Positions 27,806 through 38,470 are shown, counted from the stretch's first letter. The stretch: 64,000 nt of DNA from an uncultured Gemmatimonadales bacterium (GCA_963809895.1 CAWELD010000003.1:3552001-3616000), one strand, 5' to 3'. Numbers and translations: made by a program. The notes: a model not told the origin generated them from the letters alone.

Positions 27806-30016
27806 TCAGAAGCTGAATCCCAGGTTCACGCTCACGGAGGGAGCGCCTCCGCCCTCGCGGCCGGCCAGGGTCGCTTCTACCGGCCCGAGGGGTGTGAGGG
27901 CGCCCAGCGCCAGGCTCCAGCCCCTCAGGTAGTCCTCGGGAGCCACTCGCCAGGTGTCGAAGGTGTTGCCCGCGTGCAGCCCCGCGGTGATGAACACCTG
28001 GGCGCCCAGACGCCGCTGGACCCCCAGGGTGGCGACCTGCACGGCATGGCCCCTGCGCTCCTGGGGCTTGAGTCCGGGAAACGCCGGCTGGGTCTCTCCC
28101 AGGACCCCGGACGGATAGACGCCGCCCAGGAAGAAGAGGCGGTGGAGGGGCAGGTCGTCACCTTCGGCGTATCCAGCCATGACCCCGACCCGGAGGGTGG
28201 TGCGCTCGCCCAGGGGCAGGAGCTGCTCCACGCGGCCCACATGCAGGCGGAACGAAGCCCCGCTCCCCATGCTCCGGTCGGCCCACTCCGAGCTGAGCAG
28301 GAGCGACAGCCCACGGGTGGGAAAGGCGCTCCGGTCGAAGGTGTCGCGCAGGATGCGCCCGGTGACGGACCAGAAGCTCACCGTGCGGCTGGTGTCCGAG
28401 GGAGAGATGACGGTGCCCACGGCCGCCCGCTCCGCGCTCAGACGGATCCCGGCCACGGCGGTCCTGCCCAGGGTGGTGCCCATGAACGCCGACAGGTTGG
28501 TGACCCGCGCGCGCGCCTCGGCGACCTGCCGCCCACCGTCGTACAGGTCGAAGAGCGCCCGGGTGTAGCGCAGGTCCGTCGACAGGCTGAAGCGGCCCGC
28601 CAGGCCGAAGCCCCGCACCGCCCGCACGCCGGCCTGGAGCTGCTCGCCGAGACGGAGCTCCGCCACCGTGGTGGTTCCGAAGCCCAGGACGTTGTGGAGC
28701 GTGCCCGAGAAGAGGAGCGACGCCTTGCGGTGGTCGTCGAAGCGGAAGCCGAATCCCAGGGCGTCCTGGGGCTGGGGCACCAGCTGGAAGGACACGGCGG
28801 TGTCGCCGCTCTCGACCTCCACCCGGTACATGGCCTGATCGAAGAGGTCGGTGCCGTACAGGCGCCCCAGGGCCCGGTCCAGCGTGCCGGCGGACACCTG
28901 CGCGCCGTCCCGGATCCCGATGGTGCGCAGCGCCAACTCCTCGTCACGGCCCGTCACCCCCTGGATCTCGATGCGCGCGGCCGTCAGGGAGTCGGGCAGC
29001 AGGCCATGGGGCGGACGTGGAGGAGGGGCGGCCGGGCCCACCCTCTGCCGGATCGCCAGGAGGGTGTCGCCGAGTGCCCGGGCCGCCAGCTCGCCCCGGG
29101 CCGCCCACTCCCGGCCCCGGTCGAAGGCGAAGGACGACAGCCCCTCGGTGTTCACGTCGATGAGCACGTCGCAGAGCGCCCGCTGGCGCTCCGTCGACGC
29201 CTGCATGCGAAAGGCCACGGTCTGAAGCAGGATGTCGAAGAGTGAGCTCAGGTCCTCCGCCTGTTCCAGCGGGTCCGAGACATCGCTGCAGATGACGATG
29301 TCGGCTCCCATGGCGCGGGCGTCCTGGGCGGGGAGGTTGCGGGACACGGCGCCGTCGACCAGGAGCCGGTCTCCAAGACGAAGCGGCCGGATCACGCCGG
29401 GGATGGCGATGCTCGCCCGAATCGCTTCGGCCAACGAGCCGTCCCGCAGCACCACCGCCTCGCCGGTCTCGATGTCGGTGGCCACCGCGGCGAAGGGCAC
29501 CGGGAGATCCTTGAAATCGCGCACGGCCTGCACGGGCCAGGTGAGGCGCTCCAACGCCCGGGTTCCCCGCTCGCCCCTCACGACCCCCGTGGGGAATCCC
29601 ACCTGACCGTTGCGGATGGGGAAGGACAGCAGCGCCCGGGCCTCCGCCATGCGGCGATCCACCGTCAGGTCCGCGCGGTCGCGGGCATCGGTGAAGATGA
29701 CGGTCCAATCCAGCGCCTCCAGCCGGCTCAGGACGTCGTCCGGCGCGTAGCCGGCGGCGTAGAGCCCCCCGACGAGGCTTCCCATGCTCGTGCCCGTGAC
29801 CAGGTCCACCGGAATCCCCAGCTCCTCGAGCACCCGGAGCACGCCGACGTGGGCGAAGCCCTTGGCGCTCCCGCCGCTCAACGCGACACCGATGCGGGGG
29901 CGGTCCTGTCCGACGTCCCTGGAGGAGATGCTGCTGGCAAGCTGCGCCCGGGCTCCGGGCGCAAACGCGAGCCCCAGGACGAGGCAAGCAGCGGCGAGAC
30001 GCCGGTGAAGGTTCAG
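27806..30016 (-). CDS. Patatin-POTRA-beta-barrel phospholipase (PlpD/type Vd-like)
   Basis: Signal peptide, GGSAKG, GTSMG and DGA motifs, terminal NLGFSF; start uncertain (CTG 30016 or ATG 30097). Confidence 0.88.
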   Translation of the reverse strand: MNLHRRLAAACLVLGLAFAPGARAQLASSISSRDVGQDRPRIGVALSGGSAKGFAHVGVLRVLEELGIPVDLVTGTSMGSLVGGLYAAGYAPDDVLSRLEALDWTVIFTDARDRADLTVDRRMAEARALLSFPIRNGQVGFPTGVVRGERGTRALERLTWPVQAVRDFKDLPVPFAAVATDIETGEAVVLRDGSLAEAIRASIAIPGVIRPLRLGDRLLVDGAVSRNLPAQDARAMGADIVICSDVSDPLEQAEDLSSLFDILLQTVAFRMQASTERQRALCDVLIDVNTEGLSSFAFDRGREWAARGELAARALGDTLLAIRQRVGPAAPPPRPPHGLLPDSLTAARIEIQGVTGRDEELALRTIGIRDGAQVSAGTLDRALGRLYGTDLFDQAMYRVEVESGDTAVSFQLVPQPQDALGFGFRFDDHRKASLLFSGTLHNVLGFGTTTVAELRLGEQLQAGVRAVRGFGLAGRFSLSTDLRYTRALFDLYDGGRQVAEARARVTNLSAFMGTTLGRTAVAGIRLSAERAAVGTVISPSDTSRTVSFWSVTGRILRDTFDRSAFPTRGLSLLLSSEWADRSMGSGASFRLHVGRVEQLLPLGERTTLRVGVMAGYAEGDDLPLHRLFFLGGVYPSGVLGETQPAFPGLKPQERRGHAVQVATLGVQRRLGAQVFITAGLHAGNTFDTWRVAPEDYLRGWSLALGALTPLGPVEATLAGREGGGAPSVSVNLGFSF

Positions 30017-30130
30017 GGAGATCGCTCCGCTGGGGTGGGCTCCCCCTGAATCTACCAGATGCGGCGCGCTTGCGGTGCGGAAGGGGTGCTGGTCCATTGT
30101 GCCGTTGGATCGCGAAAACCGAGGAATCAC

Positions 30131-31465
30131 ATGCCAAGCCGCTACATCCGTGCAGCCCGGCTGTTGCCGATGGCCCTCCTGCTGTCGTCGCCGGCGCGCA
30201 CCCTTCGCGCCCAGAGCCTGGAAGACCTGGTCGATCTGGAGTTCAACGGTCAGACCTCGGCGGTCGTCGTCGGCCTTCTCCACGAAGGCGAGCTGGACTT
30301 CCTTCAGGCCTGGGGGACGGTGGCGTTGGACTCCGACGTGGAGGCGCGTCCGCAGGACCTGGTCCCGTATCCGGCCTTCACCGAGGTCCTGCTCGCCGTC
30401 ACCATCGAAGCACTGCACGACCTGGGCAGGCTGGACGCCGACGCGCCGGTGGGGCGTTACCTGCCGGAGCTCGCGGACCCCCTCGACCAGATCACCCTCC
30501 ACCAGCTCCTCACCAACACCGCAGGGTTGGACGACGCGGCGCTCCTGCCCGATCAGACCTGGGAGGAGGCACTGGACCGATTGCCACCGGAGGCGGCCAT
30601 GCTCCCGCCTGGCCTCGCGTTTTCGGAGTCGCGCTACTCGTATCCGTTGGCGGCGCGCGTGCTGGAGCGTGCCGCCGGACTCCCGCTGGCGGAGATCGTC
30701 ACCCGAGCGGTGCTCGAGCCGCTGGGGATGGTGCGCTCGACCTTCGACCTGGACGAGGCGGCCTCCATGGGTCTGGTAACCGGCTATGCGTTGGATTCCA
30801 TCGGCGTGTACGAAGTCGATCCACCGGTGGAGGTGGGCGGGCTGCCGGTGATCTTCACCAGCGCCACCGACCTGCTTCAGTTCGGTGCCGCCTGGATGCA
30901 GGGTGGCATCCGTGGCAGCTCGCCCTTGCCCGAGGGTCCGCCCCCGTCAGGGATGCCCGCGGGCATGGGGTTCAAGGACGGCGCGTGGATCAACGATTTC
31001 CGGGGGATGCCGCGGGTGTCCGCGGGACCGGGGGCCGAGGGCTGGGGGCTCACCTTCCGGGTCTATCCCGAGAGCACCACGGCCCTGGTCATCTGGGTGA
31101 ACGGTGGGGGATCTCCCATCCTGCCCAACTTCACGGAGGGGCTGTTGGCCGAAAACCTCGAACTCGAGGACGAGCAAGCGCCGGAGGTGTCGCCCCCGCC
31201 CCCGCTGGCGGCCTCCGACTGGGCCGGCACCTACCTCAACGGGGAGTACAAGCTGGTGCTGGAGGCCACCGGAGACCGGCTCTTCTTCGTGGACGGCGAG
31301 GAGCGCATGCCCATCGCCGCCGACGACGAGACCGGAGGGTATTCGGCCCGGGCCCGCGAAGGGCGGGTGCAGCTGCGCTTCGTACAGGTTCCGGGCTACC
31401 GGCTGGTCTACCTGGAGCGCAAGGCGTTCGTGCGGGCGGTGGCCGGGGGATCGCCGCCGGCCTGA
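30131..31465 (+). CDS. Secreted beta-lactamase/serine-hydrolase-fold protein lacking SxxK
   Basis: ITLHQLLTNTAGL and LEPLGM motifs present; YPAFTEVL where ASxTK is expected. Confidence 0.75.
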   Translation: MPSRYIRAARLLPMALLLSSPARTLRAQSLEDLVDLEFNGQTSAVVVGLLHEGELDFLQAWGTVALDSDVEARPQDLVPYPAFTEVLLAVTIEALHDLGRLDADAPVGRYLPELADPLDQITLHQLLTNTAGLDDAALLPDQTWEEALDRLPPEAAMLPPGLAFSESRYSYPLAARVLERAAGLPLAEIVTRAVLEPLGMVRSTFDLDEAASMGLVTGYALDSIGVYEVDPPVEVGGLPVIFTSATDLLQFGAAWMQGGIRGSSPLPEGPPPSGMPAGMGFKDGAWINDFRGMPRVSAGPGAEGWGLTFRVYPESTTALVIWVNGGGSPILPNFTEGLLAENLELEDEQAPEVSPPPPLAASDWAGTYLNGEYKLVLEATGDRLFFVDGEERMPIAADDETGGYSARAREGRVQLRFVQVPGYRLVYLERKAFVRAVAGGSPPA

Positions 31466-31478
31466 ACGCCGGTCAACG

Positions 31479-31937
31479 TCAGGACGCCAGCCGGTCCACC
31501 TCTTCGCGGAGGGAGTCCGAGAAGACGTACGCGTGCTCCCGGAACCAGGCTACCCACGACGGCTCGCGCAGGTGGACCTCGAGGGTGCGCTCGTAGCTCT
31601 CCCACATCTGCGGGTCCAGCGCCCCCACGCGATGCTGGTAGACCAGGTTCCCGAAATGCCGGAACACGGCCGTCATGTACGAGTCCCAGCGGAGCTTCTC
31701 GGCGGGGCTCAGGCTGGAGGGATCCCGCTCGGCTCGCGCAAGGAAGGACGCGAACTCCGAGTCCCGGAAGGCGTGCTCCAGCAGGCGAATGCTGTTCTGG
31801 ACCATGGAGTTGAACGAGGCGGTCCGCACCGAGTCGGTGTTCTGGCGCGTCTGTAGCGCCAGGTAGATGAGGGAGACGATGACGCCGATGGCGCCCAGGA
31901 ACTCGCCGAGATTGCCCAGCGCCTGAAGTGTTGGCAT
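31479..31937 (-). CDS. Hypothetical protein with N-terminal TM helix
   Basis: LGNLGEFLGAIGVIVSLIYLALQ start; GC3-rich coding pattern. Confidence 0.8.
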   Translation of the reverse strand: MPTLQALGNLGEFLGAIGVIVSLIYLALQTRQNTDSVRTASFNSMVQNSIRLLEHAFRDSEFASFLARAERDPSSLSPAEKLRWDSYMTAVFRHFGNLVYQHRVGALDPQMWESYERTLEVHLREPSWVAWFREHAYVFSDSLREEVDRLAS

Positions 31938-32004
31938 GCCGTGTCGTTGCCGGAGGGTGCGTTGGAAGAGACCGATAGTCTATCCTGGTGCGCCCCCGAC
32001 AGGA

Positions 32005-32038
32005 ACGCCCGGCCCGCGCGCGGTGGCGGGCCGGGCGT
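32005..32038 (-). terminator. 13-bp GC hairpin downstream of the lipoprotein gene
   Basis: ACGCCCGGCCCGC-N8-GCGGGCCGGGCGT; weak U-tail. Confidence 0.55.
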
Positions 32039-32064
32039 CGGTCCCTCGCCCCGATGCCGGGCGA

Positions 32065-33384
32065 TCAGTCGAGATCGGCGCCGCCGCGGGCCGCCATCAT
32101 GAGACTCACCATGGCGTCGGCGTCGAGGGTCGTGCCGTCGGGCAGGAGCGTGAGCAAGGTGCCGACGGTGGCGTCCAGGGCGTCCCGATAGCCCGCCATC
32201 ACCGAGGCGGCCTCCGCCGCCGAAGTGGTCGCGTCGAGCCGGGCGCCCAGATCGGCGTCGGCGAAGGCGCTGGAGAGTCCGGCGCGCAGCGCGGCCTCCA
32301 CGGCGGCGTCCAGCGTGCCGGTGACCGTCACGATTCCGTCGAAGACCGCAGCTTCGCCGTCGTCGGCCGCGGCATCCAGCGCGGCCCGCAGCTCCTCCAT
32401 GGTGGTGGCCGCCTCGACGTCGGCCCGGGCTGTGGCCAGGATCGTGGTCATCGCCGACGCGCTCTCGCCGGGTCCCGCGTCCACCGAGGCCGCCAGGCGC
32501 CCCCGCGCGCGGAGGTTCATGGCCACCGCGTGCCGCACCAGCTCGAGCCGCGTGGCTGCGGTCGCCGCGCTGGAGCCTCGCACGGCGCCGGAGGCACGGG
32601 CCGCGGTGAGAAGTGTGAGCGAGCCCACCGATGCGCCGGCGTCCAGGTAGCCATCCAGGGTGGCTTCGGCGAAGGCGTCGTTGGCCGCCTCCAGCTCGGC
32701 GCCGTTGTAGCGGCTTTCGGCGTAGTCCATGGCCAGGCCGGCCATGAGCTCGGTGCGCGTGGCGGCGTCGAGCTCCGTGGCCACCTGTGTCGCCGTGGCG
32801 TCGAGCCAGCTGCGGGCGGCCAGGTAGGCATCAGCCACCGCGCCTACTTCGGCGCCGCTGGCGGCCACCTGAGCACCCGTCGCGTCGTCCATGCGCACGA
32901 AGAGCGCCAGGCTGCCATCGTCCGCGGCGGCTCCGCTCTCGCCGTCCGAGTTGAGCCGGACGAAGACGTCGCTCTCGACGGTGGTCTCCGGTACGATGGT
33001 GGCCACGGTGATGTCGGACCCGGCTTCGGTCGTTCCGTGCACCAGGACGCGGCCGACCTCGGCTGCGGCGTCGGTGTAGGCCACGACTTCGAGCCCGCTC
33101 TCGCCTGTGGGCACGGTGTCCACGCTGAAGCGGCCCTCGGCGTCGATGTCTCCGCGGGCCAGCGTGGTTTCGCTGCCGTCCGACGCCACCCGCACGACCG
33201 CGACCGTGGTCGCATCGGCGCCGGCGACGGGATTGGGACCCGCCGAGGCCGGCGCGGTTTGATCGATCCGGCCCACGACGGTGGCTCGATTCGTGTCAGG
33301 GATGACCACGCCCTCGCCGTTTTCGAAGCAGGCGGCCAGAAGCAAACTACCGGCCAGGAGAAGGGGGAGAGTCTGGATACGCAT
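32065..33384 (-). CDS. Acidic Ala-rich lipoprotein, hypothetical
   Basis: MRIQTLPLLLAGSLLLAAC lipobox; ATG at 33384. Confidence 0.75.
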   Translation of the reverse strand: MRIQTLPLLLAGSLLLAACFENGEGVVIPDTNRATVVGRIDQTAPASAGPNPVAGADATTVAVVRVASDGSETTLARGDIDAEGRFSVDTVPTGESGLEVVAYTDAAAEVGRVLVHGTTEAGSDITVATIVPETTVESDVFVRLNSDGESGAAADDGSLALFVRMDDATGAQVAASGAEVGAVADAYLAARSWLDATATQVATELDAATRTELMAGLAMDYAESRYNGAELEAANDAFAEATLDGYLDAGASVGSLTLLTAARASGAVRGSSAATAATRLELVRHAVAMNLRARGRLAASVDAGPGESASAMTTILATARADVEAATTMEELRAALDAAADDGEAAVFDGIVTVTGTLDAAVEAALRAGLSSAFADADLGARLDATTSAAEAASVMAGYRDALDATVGTLLTLLPDGTTLDADAMVSLMMAARGGADLD

Positions 33385-33541
33385 GGAAGTCCTCGGGCGG
33401 GTGGGTGATACGGAGCCCACCACCGCGTGCCGCGCCGGCGAATGGTGACCTGTCGACGTGGCCTCCCCGGGAAGCAACTCTCGTTCCAGAGGGCAGGAGA
33501 GGAGGGTCCCTGCGACGATGCCCGCCCGCCTGCGTGGCGTT

Positions 33542-36277
33542 TTACGCGTCCAGGATGTCGCGGATCTTGCGCGCCAGATCGTCGGGGGCGAAGGGCTTCT
33601 GGAGGAGCGCGGCGTCCTGGCCCGAGAGGCCGTGGTCGTGGATGCGGTCAGCCGTGTATCCGGACATGAACAGGACTTGCCAGTCCGAACGGACCTGGCG
33701 CAGGCGGTCCACGAGCTCCTGTCCGCTCATGTGGGGCATGACCACGTCGGTGAGGACGAGATCGATGGGCCCGTCGTGGCTCTCGCACAGCAGCAGCGCC
33801 TCACCCCCGTTGGCGGCCTCCAGGACCCGGTACCCCATGCGCTTCAGGAAGCGGCGGACCAGCGACCGCACCGTCTCCTCGTCTTCGACCAGGAGGATGG
33901 TCTCGCCCTTCGCTCTGAGCGCAGCGCCGGTGCGCGCCCTCGGCTCCACGGTGTCGGGCTCGTCGCGGACCACCGGGAACCAGATCCGGAACTCAGCGCC
34001 TCGGCCCGCCTCGCTCACCACTTCGATGTGGCCGTCGTTCTGCTGGATGACGCCGTAGACGGTGCTCAGGCCCAATCCGGTGCCCTTGCCGGCCTCTTTG
34101 GTGGTGAAGAAGGGCTCGAAGATGTGCTCGAGGATCTCGGGGGGGATGCCGGAACCGGTGTCCCGCACGGACAGGAACACCCAGGTGTCCGTATCCGGCG
34201 CGACAGGACCCGACTCGGGAGGGGTCGAAGTCGAGCGCGCCTCGATGGTGAGCTCTCCGCCCCTCGGCATGGCATCGCGCGCATTCACCACGAGGTTGAG
34301 GAGGACCTGCTCCACGTGGCTCGGATCGGCGCGGATGGCTCCGAGATCCTCCGGCATCTTCATGACCAGCGCCACGTCCTCGCCGATGAGACGGCGCAGC
34401 ATCCCTTCCATGCCCGCGAGGAGCCCTGCCACGTCCAACACGCGCGGGCGGATGGGCTGTTTGCGGCTGAAGGCCAGGAGCTGTCGGGTGAGTCCCGCGG
34501 CCCGCTCGGCCGCGCTCATGATCTCCTGTGCGTCCTCGCGCAGCGGATCGTGCTCCTGCAGGTCGGCGAGGAGGAACTCGGCCCGCCCCTGGATCGTGGT
34601 GAGGAGGTTGTTGAAGTCGTGCGCCACGCCGCCGGCCAACCGGCCCACGGCTTCCATCTTCTGGGACTGGTGGAGCTGCTGCTCGAGCTCCTTCGCCTCG
34701 GTGACGTCGGACATGGTCAGCACCATGCCCTGCGGCTTTCCGTCCGAGTCCCGCATGGCCTCGCCGGTGAGCGCCAGGATGACCCGGGTGCCGTCGGGCC
34801 GCGTGAGTCCGAACTCCTGGCCCAGCACGGCGGAGCCCTGGCGTAGGACCTTCACGAAGGGCCGATCCTCGTCGGGCAGCGGAGTGCCGTCGGGATGGGT
34901 GAGCTCCCAGATGGGATCGTCGTAGAGGCGTCCTGGCGCCGACCCCTGCGTGCCGAGCATGTCCTCGGCGGCCCGGTTGGCGAAGGTCACGACGCCGTCC
35001 GGGTCGATGAAGACGACGCCCTCCACCATGCTCTCCAGGATTCCCCGCAGTCGTTGTTCGCTCTCCTTGCGGGCGGCGGCTTCCTGCATCTCGCGCGTCA
35101 CGTCGCGCACGACGGTGGCGGCGCCCAGCAGGCTTCCGTCGCGGGCGAGAATGGGTGCGGCGCTGGCCTCGGTGGTGACCCAGGAGCCGTCGGGGCGACG
35201 CATGTGGACGTCGGCGCGACAGGTCTTACCCTCGCGCAACGCCCTCATCGACGGCAGGTCGTCGGGATCGAAGGGGGTGCCGTCGGCGTGCAGGAGGTCG
35301 CTGAGGGCGCTCGGGACGGGGTGAATGCGCTTCATCGCCTCATTGCGGAAGACGATGCGGCCCCTCGGGTCCGCCACCAACACGCCCTCGGAGAGCTGCT
35401 CGAGGATGGCCAGGCGTTCGGCGTTGGCGCGCTCCACCTCGCGGTTCGAGCGCACGTGGTCGGTCACGTCCATGCCGTGCGTCATGACGCCGGTGACGTG
35501 CCCGTCGGCGTCACGCAGGGGCTGGAAGGCGAAGCTCACGAACCGCTGCTCCAGTGGGCCGTCGGGCGTGCGGCGCAGGAGGATGCGCTTCTCCTCGCCG
35601 GTGAAGGGCTCGCCCGTGGCGAGGACGTGGTCCAGCAACCCGGCGATGGGCTGCTCGGCCACCTCGGGCACCGCCTCGAGGAGGGGCTTCCCGAGGATCT
35701 CCCGTTCCTCGCCGACCAGGCGTCGGTACGCGGGGTTCACCATCTCGAAGACGTGGTCCGGACCCCGCACCACGGCGATGAAGGTCGGGGCCTCCTCGAA
35801 GAGTCCCCGGAGCGTCGAGCGCTCCTTGCGGAGCTGGTCCAGGAGGCGCCGTTGTCGACGCTCGTGGCGCACGCGCTCGCTGACGTCCACCACGGTGACC
35901 AGACGAGCGGATCGGCCTGACCAGACCACGTCGCGTCCGAAGACCTCCACATGCATCACGGATCCGTCGGCCCGCAGATGTCGCCACCCGCCGGACCGGC
36001 TCATGGTCGCCGGTCGCTGCTTCAGGTGCTCCAGGAAGCGTGGAACGTCTTCCGATGGGCGCAGGTCGTCGACGGTGAGACCGAGGAATTCCTCGCGGCT
36101 GTAGCCGTACTGAACCAGCGCGGCGCGGTTCACCGAAAGGATGCCGAGCGTCTGGGTGTCCCAGACCCACATGGGCATGGGGCTGTCCTGAAACAACAGG
36201 GGACAGACCGGATTCTCCGGGAACGCGAGGGGGCCGTCCCCTGATTCGAGGACGGACCGTGGATCCGATGACGCCAT
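33542..36277 (-). CDS. Cytoplasmic multi-PAS hybrid histidine kinase with receiver domain (CckA-like)
   Basis: About 4 PAS repeats, [13 protein letters not shown]-box, [21 protein letters not shown]-terminal LVEDE..D..KPF. Confidence 0.93.
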   Translation of the reverse strand: MASSDPRSVLESGDGPLAFPENPVCPLLFQDSPMPMWVWDTQTLGILSVNRAALVQYGYSREEFLGLTVDDLRPSEDVPRFLEHLKQRPATMSRSGGWRHLRADGSVMHVEVFGRDVVWSGRSARLVTVVDVSERVRHERRQRRLLDQLRKERSTLRGLFEEAPTFIAVVRGPDHVFEMVNPAYRRLVGEEREILGKPLLEAVPEVAEQPIAGLLDHVLATGEPFTGEEKRILLRRTPDGPLEQRFVSFAFQPLRDADGHVTGVMTHGMDVTDHVRSNREVERANAERLAILEQLSEGVLVADPRGRIVFRNEAMKRIHPVPSALSDLLHADGTPFDPDDLPSMRALREGKTCRADVHMRRPDGSWVTTEASAAPILARDGSLLGAATVVRDVTREMQEAAARKESEQRLRGILESMVEGVVFIDPDGVVTFANRAAEDMLGTQGSAPGRLYDDPIWELTHPDGTPLPDEDRPFVKVLRQGSAVLGQEFGLTRPDGTRVILALTGEAMRDSDGKPQGMVLTMSDVTEAKELEQQLHQSQKMEAVGRLAGGVAHDFNNLLTTIQGRAEFLLADLQEHDPLREDAQEIMSAAERAAGLTRQLLAFSRKQPIRPRVLDVAGLLAGMEGMLRRLIGEDVALVMKMPEDLGAIRADPSHVEQVLLNLVVNARDAMPRGGELTIEARSTSTPPESGPVAPDTDTWVFLSVRDTGSGIPPEILEHIFEPFFTTKEAGKGTGLGLSTVYGVIQQNDGHIEVVSEAGRGAEFRIWFPVVRDEPDTVEPRARTGAALRAKGETILLVEDEETVRSLVRRFLKRMGYRVLEAANGGEALLLCESHDGPIDLVLTDVVMPHMSGQELVDRLRQVRSDWQVLFMSGYTADRIHDHGLSGQDAALLQKPFAPDDLARKIRDILDA

Positions 36278-36427
36278 GTGGGAGAGGGAGGTTCAAGAAT
36301 ACTTCATATACAGGTCCGTATTTGAAAGTTGTGTCACGCGGCGGCGCGGCGGAAGTCGGGCTTGGGCGGATATTTCGTGGGGCGTTTCCCCACGGGGGTG
36401 TGTGATGGTGCGCCGGTGCGGGGGCCG

Positions 36428-37669
36428 TCAGTGCTCGCCCAGCACCGCCATGACCAGGCCGCTCCGGATCTTGGGCTCGAACCAGGTGGACTTCGGGGGC
36501 ATGAGGCGGTCCTGGCGGCACACCGCCACGAACTGGTTCATGGTCACGGCCGGGAGCGTCACGGCCAGAGAGGCGTGTCCCGCGTCGACCTCACCTTGTA
36601 GCCACGCGGCGCCGCGGTTGGCGCCCACGAAGACCAGTCGCGCATCGGCGGGGTCGGTGATGCCCAGCAGCTCCGCGAACAGCAGGCGCTGTACGATGGC
36701 GTGATCGATGGACGCCGCCGCATCGGCGGGGTCGAAGGTGCCGGGACGGGGCGTCAGGCGTAGCCAGCCCGAATGCGGCAGGTACAGTCCCACACGGTGG
36801 GTCCCGTCGGGCTGGTAGGGTCGACCTGGAGCCGGGGCCACCTCGAAGGCGGCACCCAGATCGGCCTCCGTGGGGGGCGGCACCTCCGACGACACGAGCC
36901 GGTTGTAGGGTGCGATCCCCATGCGGGAGGCGGGAAAGAACACGGCCAGGAACCCGGGGCGCCCCAGCATGGCGGCCGCAGCGCTCCGGTGGTTGCCGTC
37001 GGCGACGTACGCTTCCGGTTCTCGGGCCAGCAGCTCCGTCAAGCGCTGGATCTCGCGGGCGTCGTCCAGGAGCCAGATACGATGCGTATTACCCATCTCG
37101 TCACCTGCCGCGAGGTCGGGCGGGCGGGCATCCGCGTGGCTCTCGAGGGCCGGGGCCAGGAAGCCCTGGATGTCGGGCGCGGCCACGTTCACCGTCCCGA
37201 TGACGGTTCCGGTGGCCTCGATCAGCCGCGCCCGCCCCCGTGCCTTCGCCTCGCGAACACCCTCGTTCCGGATGATGGGGCCCAGCGGCGTGGCCGGCGT
37301 GCGGATCTGATCCGTCCGGGCCATCCCCCCGAGACCGACCTGGCGCACGCCGGGGCGGGCGGGACCCGTGATCTCGTAGACGAAGAGAATGTCGCGCAGC
37401 TCACGGACCAGGGGCCCGCTCGACAGCGCTCGCATGTTGGCAGCGGCCCGGGCGAGCGCGGCATCGGAGTCCGCCGGCGCCAACGCGTCGGACGTCGGCG
37501 CGTCGCAGTGTGCCATGGTCACGCGCAGCACCGAGTCGGGACGACGCTGGATGAGCCGCCAGACCTCGGCGTCACCCTGGAACTCGTCGTAGTTCGGTGC
37601 GCTGATGCGCTCGGCGGCGCTGGAGTCCACCGGCACGAGGGCGCGAGCGATGGGGCGCAGGCTGATCAT
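36428..37669 (-). CDS. DUF1015 family protein
   Basis: APNYD, YVADGNHRSAAA and MPPKSTWFEPKIRSGL motifs. Confidence 0.88.
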   Translation of the reverse strand: MISLRPIARALVPVDSSAAERISAPNYDEFQGDAEVWRLIQRRPDSVLRVTMAHCDAPTSDALAPADSDAALARAAANMRALSSGPLVRELRDILFVYEITGPARPGVRQVGLGGMARTDQIRTPATPLGPIIRNEGVREAKARGRARLIEATGTVIGTVNVAAPDIQGFLAPALESHADARPPDLAAGDEMGNTHRIWLLDDAREIQRLTELLAREPEAYVADGNHRSAAAAMLGRPGFLAVFFPASRMGIAPYNRLVSSEVPPPTEADLGAAFEVAPAPGRPYQPDGTHRVGLYLPHSGWLRLTPRPGTFDPADAAASIDHAIVQRLLFAELLGITDPADARLVFVGANRGAAWLQGEVDAGHASLAVTLPAVTMNQFVAVCRQDRLMPPKSTWFEPKIRSGLVMAVLGEH

Positions 37670-37735
37670 GGTCGCGCCAAGCTGGCGCCGGTACCGTGAT
37701 CCCGCCACCCCGCTTGCTCACCGGACGTGAAACGA

Positions 37736-37762
37736 GGGGGAGCGGTACGGGACCGCTCCCCC
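37736..37762 (-). terminator. Intrinsic terminator after the tRNA
   Basis: GGGGGAGCGGT-N5-ACCGCTCCCCC followed on the minus strand by TCGTTT. Confidence 0.7.
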
Positions 37763-37781
37763 CCGTCAACCCGACGTCCAG

Positions 37782-37855
37782 CGCCTCCTCCAGGACTCGA
37801 ACCTGGGACACCCTGATTAACAGTCAGGTGCTCTAACCGACTGAGCTAAGGAGGC
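37782..37855 (-). tRNA. tRNA-Asn (GTT), CCA not encoded
   Basis: Cloverleaf: acceptor GCCTCCT/AGGAGGC, anticodon arm CCTGA-CTGTTAA-TCAGG, T-loop TTCGAGT. Confidence 0.97.
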
Positions 37856-37882
37856 AGGATCCCCCGCTGCGAGGGAACCACA

Positions 37883-37911
37883 ACGCTATCCAAAGGGCAG
37901 GGGGGTGTCAA
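37883..37911 (-). promoter_or_regulatory. Sigma70 promoter for tRNA-Asn
   Basis: TTGACA (37911-06)-N17-TAGCGT (37888-83), within the 3' end of the DoxX gene. Confidence 0.7.
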
Positions 37912-38470
37912 CGGAATCTGGCGCCAGCTTCTCGTGCGCGGCGCGGCGCTCGCTGTCGTGATCGGCGACGGGCTCGGGGGCGTGCTGGCCCGCCGCCGCC
38001 ACCTCGCCGTCACCGGGCTCCCCGGTCCCCTCGGCATCGAGCGTCTCACCCGGATCGTGATCGGGCGTGACGTCGACCGTGCCAGGCTCGGACTCCGCGC
38101 GCTCTTCATCGGCCGCGTGCTGTCGCCCCGCGGCCACCCAGGCCGCCATCAGGCACAGGACCAGCGTCACCCCGGCCAGCGCCCACTGGCGGTGCATCAG
38201 GTGCGTCGTGGTGGCCATGGCCATGACCGGCGCGATGAGGAGGCCGCCGAGGAAGGCCGTGCGCCGGGGAAGAAGGAGGATGGCGCCCAGAATCTCCATG
38301 GCGCCCGCTACCTCCACCAGCGACGGAGGGATGCCCCATTGGTTGGCGAAACTGTCCGCCCACAGCTCGGGGAACACGAACTTGGTGGCGCCGGCGGCGA
38401 GAAAGACGGGGACCAGAACGGTGGTGGCGACCCACAGGCCGAAGCGCCGGAGAGAAGGCGAGGTGGTCAA
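37886..38470 (-). CDS. DoxX family membrane protein with acidic tail
   Basis: FL.AGATKF, G..EILGAILLL and A..TH motifs. Confidence 0.8.
   Translation of the reverse strand: MTTSPSLRRFGLWVATTVLVPVFLAAGATKFVFPELWADSFANQWGIPPSLVEVAGAMEILGAILLLPRRTAFLGGLLIAPVMAMATTTHLMHRQWALAGVTLVLCLMAAWVAAGRQHAADEERAESEPGTVDVTPDHDPGETLDAEGTGEPGDGEVAAAGQHAPEPVADHDSERRAAHEKLAPDSVDTPLPFG

Noticed and set aside
36290..36330. AT-rich patch with a weak TTCAA...TTGAA inverted repeat upstream of the histidine kinase
   Set aside because: Symmetry is poor and gapped; probably just the promoter region
37782..37855. tRNA-Asn as the integration site of an island
   Set aside because: No integrase in the window, no duplicated tRNA 3' end noticed, and the flanking genes look ordinary
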